Positions 13,035-25,200 of a stretch of DNA of 64,000 nucleotides are shown here, piece after piece. Source of the stretch: Raillietiella orientalis. Lineage: Eukaryota. The stretch spans positions 434,001-498,000 of the forward strand of contig JAYWIR010000015.1 of assembly GCA_036172245.1 (NCBI GenBank). Direction: 5' to 3'. A program made the translations under genes and the position numbers. The notes beneath the pieces were generated by a model, which ran no database searches, was not told the origin of the DNA, and saw only the letters and a program-made list of their open reading frames with translations. The stretch's first letter is position 1. The number at the start of each line of letters is the position of its first letter.

Positions 13035-13750
13035 GCGTCGGAGGCCGTGTGGTTACGGTGGTCTACGCGTGTGGCAACCTGCCTTGTGGGTTCGAATGCT
13101 CCGAAGGAATCGACGCAGTGCATCGTGGGTCCCGAGGTCACCCCACAAGAAGACAATGGTCGGCCTCTGTTCATCCGGGTACGGCACTGGTAGCGGTTGA
13201 AATCGGATGCCACCTGATGAGGGCCGGGACAAATGGGAGTCGACCTCCGGGTACTTCCAGGAATCACGGAGTGGGAGTTTCCCTCCGGTTGTGAAGGAGC
13301 GGACCCCCCATTCCGGAGGGAACCTCTCCGCGTCGGACTGATGGAGTAGGTGTGTCGCCATCACTTCTCCAGGGAGTGCAGAGACGCGAACCGATCCCTT
13401 CGGGCAAGCTGCGTCCTTCTGAATTTCAGGAGCGTCACCTTCTGGGTTCTCTTCAGAGGAGTAAAAACAGGATCGGATCCCTTCCGAGTTCCCTTCAGAG
13501 AAGAAAAACTGGAGCGGACCCCTCCAAGGGTCTCTTCGGAGAGAACAAGGAAGGAGATTTCCCTTCAGGATTCCCCTTCGAAGACAACCAGGGTGAAGGT
13601 GATCTCCACTTCCGGGGATCCCTCCCCAGGCGTGAGAGGAACGGACTCCGAGTCCTTCCTGGATTCATAGGGAGGACCCCTCCCGGGGTACCCCCTATCT
13701 TGAAGACTACCCAACCTCAGGTGGCGTGGAACCGTATCGAAGAACTGCGA
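13035..13750 (+). mobile_element. SINE-like element copy B (uninterrupted, about 700 bp)
   Basis: GC-rich island in AT-rich flanks; B-box-like GGTTCGAATGC at 13089-13099; head, body and tail match copy A. Confidence 0.7.
13429..13590 (+). repeat. Degenerate ~40-bp tandem repeat (4 units) inside copy B
   Basis: Units start at 13429, 13470, 13511 and 13549; approximate consensus GGAGCGGWCCCTTC.GGGTTCYCTTCAGAGRA..AAAC. Confidence 0.7.
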
Positions 13751-15268
13751 AGACAGAAAAGGATTTCTATCATCCATTTCATTTCCATGTTTTTTCAGGC
13801 AGTTCATTTCAGTTTGCTAGAAAACTTTGCTGCCTTTGCTTTCTCAGAAGCCTTTAAAAAAATACCACATACCGGATGCGCCGGATGACATAAAAAGCAA
13901 AATGCACTTGGTACCACCTCACTTCTCTGGGAATTCGTAGATGGTTTTCAAGCTTACTTGCAACCATGACAATAACCTTTGCAGCACATGTTCATCTGCT
14001 GTGAACACAAAGGATTTTCTAATTACTGAGTTTCCCTATTGCAAGAGCGGGAGAATATTTTTCCCTAATCAGAGCTTTCGAAAATCTCATCGAGTCCTGA
14101 AGAACTGAAGATGAATTCATCGAGCCCTTATCGAATTCTCGAGTCTTCACTCGCAAATTAAATTTCAATTCCACGCGAGAAGACTTTGGATCATGCTTTT
14201 CTTTTAAACTGGTTTTCTAATTTGAATCTTTTAATTTTCGTCAGAAGACGCGTCCTGATCTTTGAATTCGTGAATGATTTTAGATTTCGATTGCTTCCAT
14301 TTTTTTCTTTTTTTCTTTTAGATTAATAATGTGTCAGTTCTGGTAGTCGATTTCAGGTTAAATCTCTGGCTGATTGGATTCGAAGTTTCCAAAATGTGAG
14401 CTGGAACGTCTCGAATGTAATGAACGATGAACGCGAACAATCTTGAAGATTTTCTGTCTTTCAGTGGATCATCGGTGCTTGAAAATCCCTATTAACTCAG
14501 TGACTCCGTACCCAATCATTACCGAACGCCTTCCGTGTTCTGGGACGTTTTCTTCAGCTTCAGCACTTTGGTCGTTGTATTTCAAGGAGCTGATAAGCAT
14601 TTTATTTATGCATTTGATAATTTCTTACGGCAGAAGTTGCAACATCATAATGCATAAAAAAAAAAAAAAAAAAGTCGAATGAGCAGATGAAGAGAAACTG
14701 GAACTGAATCTTTTCTACTGCGCAAATTATGCTGACGAAATTCTGTAACAGTTCTTTTTCCTATTGTGTGACTTTACCATATTTACGTTGAGCAGAGATA
14801 TTCGTTTGCAATCTTCCGGGAACATTGGCCTTTGATTTTAGACTTATCGGTTAGTTGTAGATGCAGTACTTCCCATTCCTTTGTTTTGGCTTCCCCTGCA
14901 GTTTCCTCTTCTTCTTCTTCTCCTTCTAGAAAGAACCGAGATGAGGAGCCGTCCGGTGTTGAAGCAGTTTCTGAATTATCGCTCCATCCTGATTCTCAAA
15001 TACAAGTGTAAAAACAAATACAGACTATCAAACGAGAATCCATAAATTAAAGAAATACCTACCACCTTCGCTGCTGACATAACGACTCATTAAAGAGCGC
15101 AGAGGCGCATAAATACAATCAAAATGCTATCAATCGACGTACCGATTGCACATCATGAGAGCCACAGCAGGCACTCCGGAAGACACGGAACATGCATTGC
15201 AAAACTGGTCACGCGCTCAGCAGCACTCTTAGGAGAAACTTCTGTAGCAAATTGCTCTACAAGAAAGT

Positions 15269-15293
15269 GGCCTGCCTGCCTGCCTGCCTGCCT
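15269..15293. repeat. (GCCT)n microsatellite
   Basis: gcctgcctgcctgcctgcctgcct. Confidence 0.8.
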
Positions 15294-15455
15294 AAGGCTC
15301 ACCATCCCCTCAGCGACTCATTCACTTAAACTCAACCCAAATTAAATGATAAAATTCGAAAAAGGGATTGAAAATTCGCATCTCGGACGAAAGGATTTAA
15401 CAGACGTCACTGCACGATCCAACACCATAAATGAAAGCAGACGGATGCTTATGAC

Positions 15456-15461
15456 TTTATT
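15456..15461 (-). terminator. Candidate Itpr polyadenylation signal
   Basis: AATAAA on the minus strand about 225 nt after the stop; another candidate lies near 14601. Confidence 0.35.
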
Positions 15462-15685
15462 AACGTAATATTTCATCATTTCTCATATGAAATATAATAG
15501 AATTGTATTTCAACTCGATTAAATAATCATCTGATAGCACCACTACACAACACCGGCAAATTTCTGTATGGAAAAAATATGAATTATATATCACATGACT
15601 GCTTTCCCATGGAGATGAAGACCAGAAATTTAGGGGAGACAGGGATTTTTCCTGGTACACCGATCACGGGCTCGGCAGTGACTGT

Positions 15686-16255
15686 TCATTTGATGAAACT
15701 GTCTGCTCTGAAACTCGGAGTATGGAAAAGACTCATGCGTTGCTTCAGTTTCCGCTGTTCGGCCATCTGTTCTTGTAACACGTTCAGTTGACGGGTAAGG
15801 GTCTCGACGGAGGTACGGGTTTTGTGAAGCTGGACTTGCAGATTCCTCAACTCGTTTTGCTCTGCTTCGCTTTCGCCCATGCTCAACGACATGGCCCTCA
15901 TCCGCGGGAACCAGTCCAGATTACGATCGAACACCATGGCGTTGACATAGCTTTCTGGACCGGTGAACTCGGTAGGATCTTTCACTCGAATGAGGACCAG
16001 AAAATACAGATAATGCCAGATGTTGTGTTCTGAAGATATGTGCTCTTCGAAGGATATGGTGTGGTTGTCGAAGACGGATCGATTCAGTCCACACACGAAA
16101 CACGTGTTCTTTAGAATTTCCTCCTTCTGCTGCTTCTCGCTCCTAAGATCCGCGAACGTGTCGATGATCACACCGAATATGAGATTCAGAACGATGATGA
16201 TGATGATGAAGAAGAACAGCAAGTCGTAGATTATGCGACCGATGAATGCGCGTTC
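15686..16255 (-). CDS. Itpr: Itpr exon 35 (TM6, Zn finger, coiled coil, stop)
   Basis: [17 protein letters not shown]...CFVCG...[10 protein letters not shown]...[10 protein letters not shown]. Confidence 0.95.
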   Translation of the reverse strand, partial: ERAFIGRIIYDLLFFFIIIIIVLNLIFGVIIDTFADLRSEKQQKEEILKNTCFVCGLNRSVFDNHTISFEEHISSEHNIWHYLYFLVLIRVKDPTEFTGPESYVNAMVFDRNLDWFPRMRAMSLSMGESEAEQNELRNLQVQLHKTRTSVETLTRQLNVLQEQMAEQRKLKQRMSLFHTPSFRADSFIK

Positions 16256-19200
16256 CTGGGAAGGAACCACACATCATCATCATACGCAGCAGGACGAACG
16301 GGAAAACTCACAGTGCTGGGCAGGGGGCGAAGCACGTCTCCGATTCCACCGCCGTTCCGAAGACCATGGTTCAAAGTGGTCACGATGCACAGAAGCAAAG
16401 AATCACACGCGCGCTCCCTTTCTTCGGAGCTGTCGTTCCTGGGAACCACATCCAGCAAAAAGTCGTCTTGGAAAAACATGTAACCAATGATGGAAAAAAG
16501 GTAAACGAGAATGAGGGCGAGGACAGCAGTAAGGACGATGGAACGACCGTTGCGAGTAACTGACCGGATTACGTTGAGCAACGTTTCCTCGCGATACACA
16601 ACGTCCAGCAGCTGGAATCAAAAATCGTTAGCTTTAGGTTCAAAAAACAGGATCACTTACCAAAAGGGAATAGAAGAATGGATGCACTGCAAAGGCCAAC
16701 AAACAAAAAGATAGCAAAAACAAATGATACAAAAGTTCCAAATCACAAAGTATCTTTCGCGCACTTTTTGTGAACAGGCCGTAGTTACCCATTAGGCTAA
16801 TAAGGTGGACCAACTTCAAGCATATCAAGAGAATTCCCAAAATGTCCAATGTGATCTTGGGGCCTAAAGTTAATATGGAACGAAAGACGCACAGAAAGGA
16901 AAAAATTCCAAATGTGGTCAGAAAAGGAAAAATTAAGAGCATAACGATCGAGACCAGCATGGTTGTCCAAAACAGTCCGGACATATGACTCCCGACTTCG
17001 GGAACTTCATCGGAAAACGGATACCAAAGAGCAAGGATGAGGTTTACAATCACGGCGAAGAAAAATAAGATGCTGCTCCAAAGTGACATATGCCTGCTGA
17101 TCCAAAACAACAGCGGCTGGCTTCTTAATTTCTTTTGCCACTTCATTTCATGAAACATGTCATCGCACTTGGCAAAAAAGTCGGTAACTTTCGTCCCTTG
17201 GTCATCCCGTTCTGCAGTATTATAAACGCGAACCATGGTCTCCATGGTTAAATATTCACAGATTTCGGGGATTGGAAAATCAATGTGTTCCATGGTGCGA
17301 TCTGCTCGAACAATCTTAAAGAGACAAACGATAACAAACGAACTGCTGTGAGAGAAGCCTTGCCTCGATCTGTCCTGTATGCTTGGCATAATACTCTAAA
17401 GCCTGGGACATCTTTGGATCAGTATAGTGCTCAGGATGCACAAGTTGTGCCAACTGCTGATTGTGCTCAGCAAGCTGGTGGCATAGAATGTAAATATTAT
17501 GGCCAACTTCTCGTGGGCATGCCCTATTCGGCTCATCTGAATTTTTGGTTCCATCGTACTGATGATAAGCTCTGCAGGTTACATCCACCTAAAAGCGAAT
17601 GGAACAGCAAATATCGTTGTGGCAACTAGCGAAATACCAGCTGTTTGAGATTCATGTTGCATAGAATGCGTTCTGCATTCTCACTATCACCGCGACTTTC
17701 CATAATCGCCAACAAAAGTTTGGAAGCAGTGTTTTTAAGGTCCAGTACGAGATCCATGCGCGCACGTCCAAGGGGGTTAATATCATTGAGAATCAAGGCA
17801 GTAACAATGTCCAGTCCATTGGATTCATGTGTCGCAATACAATTTTGATTTTCATGGCAAGGACCTTGACAATACTCCACTAGCGTTTCCAAAGTTTGAC
17901 TGATTAAAGCAAAATTGTTCTCATTAATGTACAGGCCTAGCAGGCCTAATCGACCTGTGGTTGAACCACAAATACAATCCAAAAAAATCAATGTCTCAGA
18001 TACGAGGTTATACGTATTTTTTACGTTTTGATGCCGCAGAAAGTTCTGGGGAAAGTAGAAACTTAATATAATTTCATATTGGCAAGTAAAACCATACCTG
18101 TGACTCTTGGTTGTGATTTTCACACAGCAGCTGTAGAAATCGCAAGATGGGTTGCATCAATGAAACTTTGGGGCTAAGAACACTGTCCTCATCTTCCTTC
18201 TCTTTTCCCTTTTCTTGTCTTTCTACAAGCATATCCTCCAAAGATGATGCTAAAAATGATCCTTGTGAACAGTCATCTACATTTCCAGGAGACTGGACTT
18301 TAGAATTGACTGAACTAGTTGTCAGGGATGATGGTACAGCTTGGTTGATATCTTCTCGACCATCAGACATCACCACAAAACCATTACAAGCATCTTGAGA
18401 CATATAATCTCCGAGACAATCCTCGCCTGGCACACTCACCTCGCTTCCGCCGACCTGCTCGCTCACTATCCCAACCTGATTCACGGGCCTCCAAAGCCTT
18501 GGTGCCCATCTCTGTTGTATTCACCATTACTGTGGCTTTAATAACATTTTGCGATTCTTTCATTTTATCATGAAAAACTTTAAAAAAACTCTGGCAGACT
18601 TCAGTACTATTGGTTAATTTTTTTAATAAAGACTGCTGAATGGCAGCATTGCCTCCCTCCAGCAATGCAATTCCCAGCTCAACAGCTTCCCGGAAAATAC
18701 TACTGGAAGATGAAGATCGCATCACTATGTCTACAACTAGCTCAGAGGCGCCTTGCATATCAAGATGAATCTGAATATCTGCCAAAGTCATTCCTGCTCG
18801 TGGTAAGAAAACATCTGTAACAGATAGCTTAGAGCTAACCATTTTGATAATTCACTAACCACCAGGATTGATTGATGCGGTGGCAGCTTTTTTTCCTTGT
18901 CGTTCCTTAGATACGGGTAAAGTCGGAAAATACCGGGCGAGTAAATTATTATGTAGCAAAAGACCCTGCAGAAATATGCGTGAAAATGCTTGTCAGTAGC
19001 TAATCATCAAAAACATCACTACCTATTTTATTTTTCACTTACCTTTTCACTGAATTTGTTCTCAGGGCTAACCATTTCTTTTAGTGTCCTCAACACTCGA
19101 GAGCAAAGCTTTTCTTCTTTACATTCCAATAGATTCAAAGCATGTTTGATGATTCTAAAATACTCTGCATTAAGAACACATCATTCTGCTTTCTACCTGT

Positions 19201-22200
19201 GAATGAATACTCCTTGTTCGATCCTTTTCCCAGAATCAGTAGCAAACAGAAACTCTGGATGATATAAAATATCAACCAGAACAGACCATTCTGCTTGAAT
19301 CAAGGGTTTCAATTGGTTTTCCAAAAGTGAAATGATATCGTATAAACCTTCCATTACACTACGCTCGTTAAGCATTGTTTTCTAATGATTCATTTTTTTA
19401 GGGGGGAAGATTTCCTAAATAAAGAACTGTCAATGACTTACCTGACAAACTATTCCTTCCTTCTTTGAGCTACGGACAACATTAAGCCATTTGCGTGTTT
19501 GCTGAAGTGACTTCTGGCCCAGTTTTCCAGTTAATATACAGTGGGGATTATCAACATCTAATGAAACTAAATACCAACGGAAAATACGGTTAACAAATAA
19601 GAATGGCTCACTTTTGTCCATTAGAATTCGTAAACAGGAATCCACATTGGCTTGTTGTGAGGCAGACAGCCAATCACATTGTGATAAACGAAGGATACTT
19701 CTGTACAACTGATTGATAAGTGGCTTATGAGCCTATTAAAACTCCTGTTGATTGTCATCAGAGGCTACCAAAATCTCTTACCTTGGCACTTGCACTTTGA
19801 TCGTAAAAAGGACTGGAAAAAAAGTTGGCAATGGCACGCATAATGCAATTAGTGACATATTTTTCCAAAGCCAAATCTGCATGCCGTTGTTCAGATGTCA
19901 AATTGCTTACACAAGCAATGTCTCCAAGAAAACTATTTTCAAATAAGCGCCAGATATGCTGAGATGTAAAGATTTCCTTCATTTCAACTTCAGTATCAAT
20001 GTAACAGTGATTCAGGAAATTAATATACGCCTCCTTAACTTGAGGAATTGAATCCGGATCGGTGACTAAGGTTACAATATCATCAAGAGACAACAAGGAA
20101 TGGCATTTAATCTCAGTAAACAGATTCTTTCCACCAGTGCAAGCACCTAACAGGTTCACAAGCTCAATGTGATATGTAAGCAAAGACGAATGATCATTAA
20201 GATCATGATCGTTTCTCATCATTTCTTTTAACTGTTGATAGGCTGTTTTGTCATTATAAAATACCAAAACTTCATCAGCTGCATTTATCATCTAGAAAGA
20301 TAAATTTGCAAACCATTTTGCATTTGTACATCTCGGTACTAACTTCCTGCATAACAATATCTTGGCAATTATGGACGAAATGATTTTCTGCAAATACAAT
20401 AGTCTGTAAAAATTTGATGTATTCTACATGTTGTCCATATGTACTGATGCAATGTACAAAATGACTAATTATACGTTCAGAAACTTCACTACAAAGAGCA
20501 TAATTGTCTTTGAAAATAGCTCTCATGGTTTCAGCTTCATGAATCTAATATTACCTTCATCACACATCTAAATTATTGATCAACTTACCCCAGGAGTAAG
20601 AAATAAATCTACATGTTTGTGCATCAAAGCTTGATTTTGCTTATTACCAAGACAGAAACTTTGTAAGAAACTGTGGGCCAATCTCATCAGCTCTATCATT
20701 CTAAGATCTTCTTTTTTATCATAAGGCACTTGCAATAAATCCAAGATAACAGTATGAACTCCCATATTGCGTAATAATCGCTGCTCGTGTTTTTTTGGTT
20801 TATAAACTTTGTTACCCATATGTTGCACACACAAATCACGCATTTTAATTAGGATCTATGAAGTCAGGATAAATATACGCCAGCATAACTTATTAATTAT
20901 ATACAATTACCTTCTGAATTATTTTATAGTTGCTGGACTGTGTATTACTGATGGGAGGGCCAGTGTCCAAATCAATGGCAGAACTTTGCTTTTCCAAATA
21001 TCCGCGCACTTTATCAATATTGCTTTTGTCTTTAAGCTTGGGTTTTTCCTCTTTGATTGTCTCGTCTTCGTGACTTTTTGCTTTATAAACCCATAATTCC
21101 GACTTTTCTACTAACAATCGCAACGTGTCCAGATCTGCTTTGACTTGCTTATAGGATTCCACATCACTATCAGATACCAAAAGCTGAACCTAATAAATAC
21201 GAGAATTACATATCAATGTAATCGTTATATATATATTAAAAAAAAAGCCCTCACTTGTCGAAAAGATTGTAGCAATTCTTGCCGCTGACTGAAATGTCGG
21301 AAAAGTAGCTGAAGTGCTCCTGTAACTAAAGATGAATATCCGAGCATGATAAGATTTAATAGCACACGGATAAAAGTTTTGCCAGCATGACCATCCAAAT
21401 CCAGATCATCAGATTCATAGCTACACAAGCAACCAATATAGTGAAGTGCTTTGTGATTGAAATTATTTCTTTATTAATGCAATACAGCTAATTGCTATGA
21501 CTAGTTCACACTGTGTGTGCCTGTGTGCCCAGTTGCTAACTATACACATAGTTGAGGCCTTTTTTAAAATTGAAAACGCTCTACTGAGTATTAAATTAAA
21601 TAAACTCATCTTACAATCAAAGATCAAGGCAAATAATTTATTCTGAATGATTAGAAAACAAAATTCAGTTAGAAAACGGAATTTGTATTATAGTTCCTAA
21701 TTATGGAAAAATGAACAAATCAAACCAAATAGCATTATGATGACTTGAAAATTAAAATCAGATTTGAAAAAAGCAATTGCACCATGATTATCTACTAGAC
21801 CTCATATAACATAGGCAATTTGACTGGGAAAAGCAAAACAATCTTTGTGAACTTTAAAACTGAACACTCTGAATACAGATAATTATACAGATGATGATGA
21901 AAATAAAAAGATGAAATCTTATTGATATGAATTATGTACGAACTATTCAAGAAATCCAAAGTGTATGCATTATATGATTAATTACAAGGATTACAGATCG
22001 ATGAAATGAACTTTTCATTCGATTTAAAATAACAGGATACGTTAAAAGTGCACTAATAATACATATAGATTTATTAATAGAACAAGTACATGGTTTTATA
22101 CTTTGCAGAAATTCCAAAAACTATTCTTAGGAAAACTAATAAATTGTCATCAAATAAGCAGATAAATGAACTAAGGAAAATTGGAAAAAAAAAATTTGAA

Positions 22201-25200
22201 ATGAGGAAATTTCAAAAACAGAATGTGTTAAAATCAAACAGATGCATGTTACATTAACTGATAAACAAAATTCAATATTCTTTCGCTTCATCTAGAATAG
22301 CATTCCGGAGATGATTTCTGCTTCCCAATTTAAGATTTGGATCTTACATTGCAAAATGGAAGTTATTTCAAGAATTTTTTTTAATTGCTTACATCAACAA
22401 AATCTGGAAACTACCCAAGCTACTTTTTGTTCATCCCTAATAAAGAGGCCAAATTTATTTTTTAGAAATAAGTGAAATATTCAAACATAATTACAAAAGG
22501 AATCATCAATAACAACGTGAATTTGCTAAATAGTAAAACTGTAGAAGTAACAAGTATGTGAATTACCTTCCTTCAAATAAAGCTTCTGCTTGAACAAAAA
22601 TTGACTGCATATCGATGCCTTTTTCTCCCAAATAGAGAACATTTTCTGTAGAATTAGCGCGTTCATTTTCAAAAAGCTCTCGTTTGAAAATAGACAGCAG
22701 ACTACTGATCCGATAATCCAATCTCACATTCATAATAAACTGAAAGAGTAAGTACATAATATGAATTCGCCATCTAAACCAACCTGTAGAATTTCAATGA
22801 TTTTCAGCTTTGTATCCATCACAAATGTATCTACTGCTTCTTTTTTTGGTGTAGAACATTTTAGAATTCCAGCAGTCCCCAAGACAACAGTAGTAAGTGC
22901 TGTTCTCAATTCTGATATGCACTTCAAAGGTTTCCGTGTTCCTGAAGAGCCTCAATCAAGAGAAACAGCATCTTAGGCAATTATATCTTAGACAATACAT
23001 TCATAGCAAAGCAATTAACCAGCAACATTGAGGCACACTGTTTTGATTAGAAAAAAGGACCAACCTTACAGAAACCAAAGCACCCAATGACCCACCACCA
23101 TTCCACGGTTCATGTTAGATGCTTTGATGGAGAAATTATAAGATTAGGAAATTGAATGAATATAGATCACACACATCTTACCATTTTCATACAAAGAAAT
23201 TGATGGGTTGTTCAGAAACTGTCTATCAGAAGCACCATCTAAAATGCTAAGTAACATTTGTGTTAAGCGAAGAAGACTGCTGAAATTGTAGAAGCCAAAA
23301 TAAACAAGCTCTCGAGCCAAGCGCACGACCTAAATCCAACAGTTACAAGGTGCAACATGAGCACTTCATTCACCTCATAAGTAAGCTTATTTTGCTCATT
23401 ATTTTCAAAGTTCCACATGCCATTCATTATATTTTCCAAGTAACTTTCAACAAACTGAATGGTTGGTCCAAAGCGATCTTGGACTTCTTCATCTTGCTTA
23501 TCAATACTATAATTGTTGTCATAACTACAAAGTGATAACATTGGCAAAATTATAAAACTCAATCAAAGCACTACTTACTCCTGAATGGAAATGTGGATAG
23601 AAATTTCTGACCAAAGACGTGCATATTTAACAGGATTCACAGTTTCCTGTGGATCTCTGTCTACATGCATATGCAACATAAGACGACAAAAGGAGGCCCG
23701 TAAATCATAAGGCAAGCTTTCATCCGAGAGGCAACGTAGTATGAGATCAATATCCAAATGTACAGATAGACTATTAATGGCCAAGTACTGGCGATCTAGA
23801 CACATATTAGAAAACAGGTCAAGCTGATGACGATAATAAGTAAGAATAGCTCGACTTTCAGGATTTTCTTTTGCGGCTCTACAAGCTAAATCCGTTATAG
23901 ATGCTGATTTCTAGACAACACCAATAACCAATTATGCAAACAAAACATGCAACTTACCTGGCAATTTTCCCAATACAAGATGACATCTTCATTTTTCTCT
24001 GTTGTTAGCAAAGTTTCTAACTGTCCAGATGAATTTTCTACTTCATATTCTATCTCCTTTTCAGTCCTTATCATTCTAAGCAAACCAAATATTAGAAATC
24101 TCGAAAATCGTTTTATGAAAAGATACACCCAAAACCATAATCGACTCAACTTGAGCATATAAATACGATCACTGTTACCAAATATCAACAATATTCTTTA
24201 CAATGGAATATATTATCTTCGACGACATTAATAATTCATATTAAGAAATGGTGCCTTGTTCAGCTTATGCTACAAGTAATGGAGTGGGGATTTGGAAGTA
24301 ATAATGGGACTCACAATGATCAGATTATTCTCGTCTATAACACTCATATTGAACGATGAGAATTCTTTTGATTGTCAATCTTCTATAGCAGCTATGAATC
24401 TGCGAACCTCAAAAGCTCAAAACACGTTCTCATTAACATCCCATTACCCAAATCTTGTAAAGGAACTTTTTGCAATATTTTTTTTCCATGCTAACAGCGT
24501 ACTTTTATAATTATCTGTAGAATAACGATAGCTGCTGGGATAAAAGAGTTACTCTTAACAAGTGCCAAATATTCATTACACTTTAATAACTTTTTATCTG
24601 TAACTAGTTATTTAATCCTTCTATCGGTTGAAGACAATAAATCATTAAATATAGATCAACAGAATTGAAAAAACTAAGTTTAAGACTTAGGAAAAATACT
24701 TAAATGTCTACTAATTATCAAGAAATAACAGAGAAAGTATTTCTGCTAAGAAAATGCAAATGAATCTTTTAAACACGTAGCCCTACCCGTGTCTCTGCAA
24801 GAGTAGCTTTCCTTTAGTCTATATCACACCTGCTGGCAAAATTTGCAAAATTGACAGAACTGTATAGAAAAAAACTTATGTACTATGTAAAATAATAACT
24901 CTCTTGGTTGTACTACTTCGTAAATTCTGAACTTTTTTTGACTTTCCTTCATTAGTTTTCTTTGACATTTTCTTCAATGCTACAGGTTACTCAAACATAG
25001 GTATGCATTTCCAATAATGGGAAATACTAAAACTTTGTTCTTGTTTCATATCGTAGCCATATTTTGCATCTCGTATCAGACTCAACTTCAAAAGGCCCAT
25101 CCTTTTCAAACTATGATATACTCCTGCTACATTATACACTTCCGAGGTTTTCTTCTCTTATAGATATAAGAGATAATATATTGGTTATAATTTCCCAATA

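Noticed and set aside
13429..13590. CRISPR-like periodicity
   Set aside because: Eukaryotic context, degenerate tandem units with no unique spacers, no cas genes.
23065..23121. Possible alternative Itpr cassette exon in intron 16
   Set aside because: The best donor gives 52 nt (frameshift) and the 57-nt option contains a stop; only a weak-donor 30-nt version would keep frame.
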